From a bacterium (GTDB taxonomy: Bacteria > SZUA-182 > DTGQ01 > JBLIRR01), in contig JBLIRR010000001.1 in assembly GCA_049472395.1 (NCBI GenBank), forward strand, positions 197,940 through 261,939: a stretch of 64,000 nucleotides of DNA, read 5' to 3'. The notes below the pieces were generated by a model. The model did not search any database and had not been told where the DNA came from. It saw only the letters and a list, made by a program, of their open reading frames with translations. Below are positions 60,320 to 64,000 of this stretch, one piece after another; position 1 is the first letter of the stretch, and every line of letters begins with the position of its first letter. A program made the position numbers and the translations under genes.

Positions 60320-60335
60320 TGCAAATATCATTCCA
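60320..60335 (-). promoter_or_regulatory. sigma-54 (-24/-12) promoter candidate upstream of paralog B
   Basis: Minus-strand TGGAATGATATTTGCA (TGG-N8-TTGCA), about 140 nt upstream of the ATG. The 14 nt GGAATGATATTTGC are identical to the paralog A site. Confidence 0.5.
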
Positions 60336-60481
60336 TATTCTTATCCCCCTCATTTTCTTAGGTTTCTCTGGGAGAATGCTGATGGAGTGATTAATAATTT
60401 TTATAAACTTATAGTGAGCAGTTTAATTTTTACACAAATAGTATTATAATAATTCACGCGAGAATATGACTGAAACCCTGA

Positions 60482-61279
60482 ATGGATATATTTGAAATGC
60501 AGGTACGTTCAATAAAATATAGAATTTTTATTTTTCTCTTCCTCTGTCTTTTTCCGGGCAGAGGCTTTAGTGCGGCACAAACCGCCCAACAATCACTCAC
60601 GGACTACAACCTATGGAATTTATATGGAGGAGCCAGCGATGTATACCTTACGCTCAAAGATGGATCACATAAAAAAACAAAGGTACCCTTAAAGGAATAT
60701 GGCTTTTTATTGGAATTTGAGGATAAATATGACAAATGGAAGGTTGATTTTTCATTTTTCCAATGGAACGATAGTCAACTGCAAGGGGAAGATTTCTCAG
60801 TAAAGCTGAACTATCTTCCATTTAAAACCAAAAAAGGGGGGATCTTTACCCGGCTTAATCCCTATATAGGAGGCTCCCTTAATTACCATTACAACAAAAT
60901 AAATCTTCCTGACGCTAATCCGGAGCCCACTGGTTGGGTTAATCCTTATCAGCAGGCTATAAAAGGATATGGCGCAGGATTGCAGACGGGGATGAAGATT
61001 AAGGATATCCCTTTTAAAGGCACTATATGGCACACAGAACTTGGCGGCATAGTCTATACGTATAAATCCTCCTTACTGGAAGAAGAATTTCTGTCTGGCA
61101 TCTCTTTTACCCTAGATACGCATTTTAAAAAAAGATTTTATTATATTTTCCTTGGATTAGGGTATCAATTGAGACAATCAGATTTTGATGGTACTTATTT
61201 AAGCGATCAAGATAAATATTATCCGAGCTCTCAATTTACCCATCATCTTTTTTATATTAATCTTTCTTATCCGTTTTAG
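60482..61279 (+). CDS. putative outer-membrane beta-barrel protein (hypothetical)
   Basis: N-terminal signal (FIFLFLCLFPGRGFSAAQT), alternating hydrophobic beta-strand patterning and a C-terminal ...YINLSYPF ending in Phe. An alternative start lies at 60497. Confidence 0.45.
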   Translation: MDIFEMQVRSIKYRIFIFLFLCLFPGRGFSAAQTAQQSLTDYNLWNLYGGASDVYLTLKDGSHKKTKVPLKEYGFLLEFEDKYDKWKVDFSFFQWNDSQLQGEDFSVKLNYLPFKTKKGGIFTRLNPYIGGSLNYHYNKINLPDANPEPTGWVNPYQQAIKGYGAGLQTGMKIKDIPFKGTIWHTELGGIVYTYKSSLLEEEFLSGISFTLDTHFKKRFYYIFLGLGYQLRQSDFDGTYLSDQDKYYPSSQFTHHLFYINLSYPF

Positions 61280-62231
61280 AAGAAGAATTCTGATTAAAAA
61301 TGCGGCCGGGCAGAGGCTGCCTCCATCCTGATGCAAAATTCCAACTATTCATCCTTTTTTTATTCTCAGGTTGGACCTCTAGAATTTGAAGAACACCATT
61401 GCCTGTGTGCACACACAATCCTTTGCGCGGCTCTATCGCAATGATTTGACCAGGTACCCCTGCTTCATTATTAGAAGAGCTTGAAATAGTGGCATTCAAA
61501 ATTTTAATCCTTACACCATCAAGATATGTATAGCATCCAGGCCAGGGGAACAGGCCTTTTATTAATCTGTTGATAGTAACGGCATCCTTCTCCCACGATA
61601 TCAATCCCATCTCTTTAGTGAGTTTTGGTGTATACGTGGCCAAATGATTTTGTTGAGGCAGAGGCGTTATTGTACCCTCAATGAGCCCTTTTATTGTCAT
61701 AGGGAGCATATGTGCGCCAAGATGTGAAAGCTTATTCGAAAGACTTTCCGCAGTATCATCCGGATCTATCCGCAATTTCTCTTGAGAGAGAATAGCCCCT
61801 GTATCCATACCCTCATCCATTAAAATTAATGTAATACCGGTTGTTTTCTCTCCATTTATTATGGCCCAGTTGATAGGCGCAGCTCCTCGGTAGTTCGGAA
61901 GACATGAGGCATGAATATTAATGCACCCATATAAAGGAGCATTAATGATCCATGCAGGGAGGATTTGTCCATAGGCGACAACAATCACAAGGTCTGGTGA
62001 TAAACGCTGCCATAGTGAAAAAAATTGATCTTTTTTTAAAGAAGATGGCTGATACACGGGTAGACCGTGTTCTAACGCAAGTTTTTTAACCGGGCTGTAT
62101 TGGTTCACCCGTCCTCTGCCCCGGGGCCGGTCCGGTTGTGTAACAACTCCTGCTATCCTATAGCGGTTTTTAATAAGAGCTTCTAAATAGGGGCAGGAAA
62201 ACTGAGGGGTTCCCATAAAGATGGTTCGCAT
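61257..62231 (-). CDS. fmt: methionyl-tRNA formyltransferase
   Basis: IFMGTPQFS...VVTQPDRPRGRG...HASLLPNYRGAAPI pattern of Fmt. It lies downstream of def. Confidence 0.85.
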   Translation of the reverse strand: MRTIFMGTPQFSCPYLEALIKNRYRIAGVVTQPDRPRGRGRVNQYSPVKKLALEHGLPVYQPSSLKKDQFFSLWQRLSPDLVIVVAYGQILPAWIINAPLYGCINIHASCLPNYRGAAPINWAIINGEKTTGITLILMDEGMDTGAILSQEKLRIDPDDTAESLSNKLSHLGAHMLPMTIKGLIEGTITPLPQQNHLATYTPKLTKEMGLISWEKDAVTINRLIKGLFPWPGCYTYLDGVRIKILNATISSSSNNEAGVPGQIIAIEPRKGLCVHTGNGVLQILEVQPENKKRMNSWNFASGWRQPLPGRIFNQNSSSKTDKKD

Positions 62232-62232
62232 A

Positions 62233-62730
62233 TTATCTCTTTTTTAGAAATTTTCTTTTAATTATATCCCGGCGTATTTTGCTCAGCCGGTCAATAAAAC
62301 ATACTCCCTCAAGATGATCAATTTCATGCTGAAGGACCCGGGCCAAAAAGTCGCGTGCTTCAAAACGAACCTCTTTCCCTTTTTTGTCAATGTACTCAAT
62401 GAGCACGCGCTCATGCCTGGCTACAGGAGCATACATATTGGGAAAACTAAGACATCCCTCTTCTCCTTTTACATATCCCTCCTGTTCTATGATCCGTGGA
62501 TTAATCAACACCAGAGGATGCGAGATGTCTTTTCCAAAAGAGGTATCAATAACCGCAACACGGGAGAGAATACCAACTTGCGGGCCTGCTAACCCTATAC
62601 CCTTTGACGCATACATCGTATTCGTCATATCCTTTATGGTCTTAATAATGTTATGATCAAGATTGTGTACCTCTTCAGCTTTTCTTTTTAACATGGGGTC
62701 AGGATATATTACTATTTTATATAAGGCCAT
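62233..62730 (-). CDS. def: peptide deformylase
   Basis: GLAGPQVG, EGCLSFP and HEIDHLEG motifs. Confidence 0.9.
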   Translation of the reverse strand: MALYKIVIYPDPMLKRKAEEVHNLDHNIIKTIKDMTNTMYASKGIGLAGPQVGILSRVAVIDTSFGKDISHPLVLINPRIIEQEGYVKGEEGCLSFPNMYAPVARHERVLIEYIDKKGKEVRFEARDFLARVLQHEIDHLEGVCFIDRLSKIRRDIIKRKFLKKR

Positions 62731-62735
62731 GGTTC

Positions 62736-64000
62736 TTAATGGAGTGCTCTAAGCTGTGAGGCTTGATACATAAATGCCTCCAGCCGTGTTCTCATATTGG
62801 TTTGCTCTAAACCATCATAGGATATATTTAAACAGGGAAACGCTTCATGCTGGTCACAGAATTTCTTTAATAAAGCAGTAGTGATATTACCCGGCATGCA
62901 CGTAAAGGGCATAATATTAATAATTCCATCTACCCCCTTTTCCCGAAAATCAACCGCTTTGCCGACACTCAGTATTGCCTCACCTTCAAAGGATTCATGC
63001 AGGTACGGTTGACTCTTATTTAAAATTTTCTCTACCGAAAGCTCATGCGGCTGTTTTAAATATTGTGCAAAGGTCGCGGTTAATTTATTTTCCTTATATT
63101 TCTGCAATAAATCTATCATAGAGAGAATAAGATATTTGATATATTCCCTATCTGAAAAATTTCGTCGTTTATTAGTATAATTAGTATAAAAAAACCATTC
63201 TGTTACAGAGGGCACCCACACTTCCCCGCCTAATTTTTCAATCTGATGGACTAAATAATCATTACTAAACGGATTAGATCTTACATATATCTCACCCACA
63301 ATCCCTATAATTGGCCGTCGTTGTTTTCCATCTACTTTTATTGTTTCAAACTTTCTGCCGATTTCCCCCATAACAGGCTCAAGAGGTCTTCTTTCCTTGA
63401 TAGCCTGACACACCATGGAGAGAGATTCTTTATAAATCTTGTCGGTCTCGCCAGAGGTATATTCATACGGTCTTGTCTCCCGAAGCTTTTTATCTAAAAG
63501 ATCGATCGCAACAATACCTCCCCAGGTACGCCGAATAGATCCCTTGCCAACAATATCAAAAAGCTCCATAAAAAATTTTTTCCCTTGATTAGGGGAAAAT
63601 ATAGGCACCTCAGCATATCCGAGCTCATCCAATATGACTCTTTGGAATATGGAATATTGCCCAAATCTACACGGACCATCTCCGCCGGGCATAAGAAAAG
63701 CAGCGGATTTTGGATCAAAACCCGGTTGCTTTATGGTCTTAATAATATTCCCTGTAGTAAGAATACAAGGATAACATTGTCTTCCAGATGTATATTTTCT
63801 CCCCCACATTTTACTCTCTTCATCCGATTCCTCCATCACACGTGCCTTGATACCCGCACTTTGAAAACCAGCCTCTATGGCAAAGGCATGATCAGACATA
63901 TAGGGAATATAGACAGTTCTCTCAATAAACTCTTCCCTCTTTTGCCTCGTTGGCTGCATAAATATTGATTCTTTGTTTTTTCTATAAGGCTCCTCAAATA
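62736..64000 (-). CDS. acyl-CoA dehydratase activase-related (DUF2229-like) protein, probably N-terminally incomplete in the window
   Basis: Cys motifs CYPC, GPCRFGQY and IMPFTCMPG resemble the C-terminal domain of CoA-substrate-specific enzyme activase-related proteins. There is no in-frame stop between the first Met (63959) and the window end. Confidence 0.4.
   Translation of the reverse strand, partial: FEEPYRKNKESIFMQPTRQKREEFIERTVYIPYMSDHAFAIEAGFQSAGIKARVMEESDEESKMWGRKYTSGRQCYPCILTTGNIIKTIKQPGFDPKSAAFLMPGGDGPCRFGQYSIFQRVILDELGYAEVPIFSPNQGKKFFMELFDIVGKGSIRRTWGGIVAIDLLDKKLRETRPYEYTSGETDKIYKESLSMVCQAIKERRPLEPVMGEIGRKFETIKVDGKQRRPIIGIVGEIYVRSNPFSNDYLVHQIEKLGGEVWVPSVTEWFFYTNYTNKRRNFSDREYIKYLILSMIDLLQKYKENKLTATFAQYLKQPHELSVEKILNKSQPYLHESFEGEAILSVGKAVDFREKGVDGIINIMPFTCMPGNITTALLKKFCDQHEAFPCLNISYDGLEQTNMRTRLEAFMYQASQLRALH

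Noticed and set aside
60202-60481. I searched upstream of the OMP-like gene (plus strand), the Gly/Tyr gene, the SPFH operon and the response-regulator genes for additional TGG-N8-TTGC sigma-54 matches.
   Set aside because: None was found by eye in the correct orientation. The sigma-54 pattern appears confined to the three genes reported.
1-64000. I looked for CRISPR arrays, tRNA or rRNA genes, and transposase or integrase genes.
   Set aside because: No regularly spaced direct repeats with unique spacers, no cloverleaf-like conserved tRNA segments in the intergenic regions, and no ORF with transposase or integrase motifs. The only inverted repeat of note (52259-52378) has no associated ORF.

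Overview
This 64 kb window appears to come from a low-GC anaerobic bacterium. All coordinates include the stop codon, as in the ORF track. Hand-indexed motif and hairpin coordinates are accurate to about +/-2 nt.

Left third (1-25 kb): conserved housekeeping genes. These are rplT (5' partial), zapB-like, zapA, a 6S RNA candidate, rny, ymdB, greA, selB, a 56-aa ferredoxin missing from the ORF track, serC-like, aroQ, pepP-like, accB, accC, dksA-like, rimO, lipA, hom, nadA and alaS.

Middle (25-49 kb): redox and C1 metabolism.
- Two tandem single-domain response regulators.
- An operon encoding a sensory-type [FeFe]-hydrogenase-like protein with a PAS domain (HydS-like), translationally coupled to a PP2C/SpoIIE-type phosphatase. 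It is followed by a NuoE/NuoF-like module plus a short NuoG-N-terminus-like protein with no catalytic partner.
- A roughly 17 kb same-strand Wood-Ljungdahl array running from dapL to cooC. It contains fhs, a standalone cNMP-binding protein, a selenocysteine formate dehydrogenase, NuoF-like and NuoE-like genes, then acsB, acsA, acsC, acsD, acsE and cooC.
- The formate dehydrogenase has an in-frame UGA at 38282-38284 that the ORF track splits into two ORFs. A SECIS-like hairpin lies just downstream of it.

Right third (50-61 kb): the least conserved part.
- Two SPFH/band-7 proteins.
- A secreted Gly/Tyr/Met-rich protein with near-perfect 81-bp tandem repeats.
- A 993-aa secreted protein with an HExxH motif, a beta-propeller-like middle and a beta-barrel-like C-terminus.
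- Two tandem paralogous secreted proteins carrying a canonical EF-hand loop.
- A small outer-membrane beta-barrel-like protein.
- Three of these genes are each preceded by a full-length match to the sigma-54 -24/-12 promoter (TGG-N8-TTGCA) in the correct orientation. This suggests a coordinately regulated envelope or surface module of unknown function, which is the best candidate here for an undescribed system.

The window ends with fmt, def and a partial activase-related gene. No CRISPR array, rRNA, tRNA or obvious mobile element was seen.
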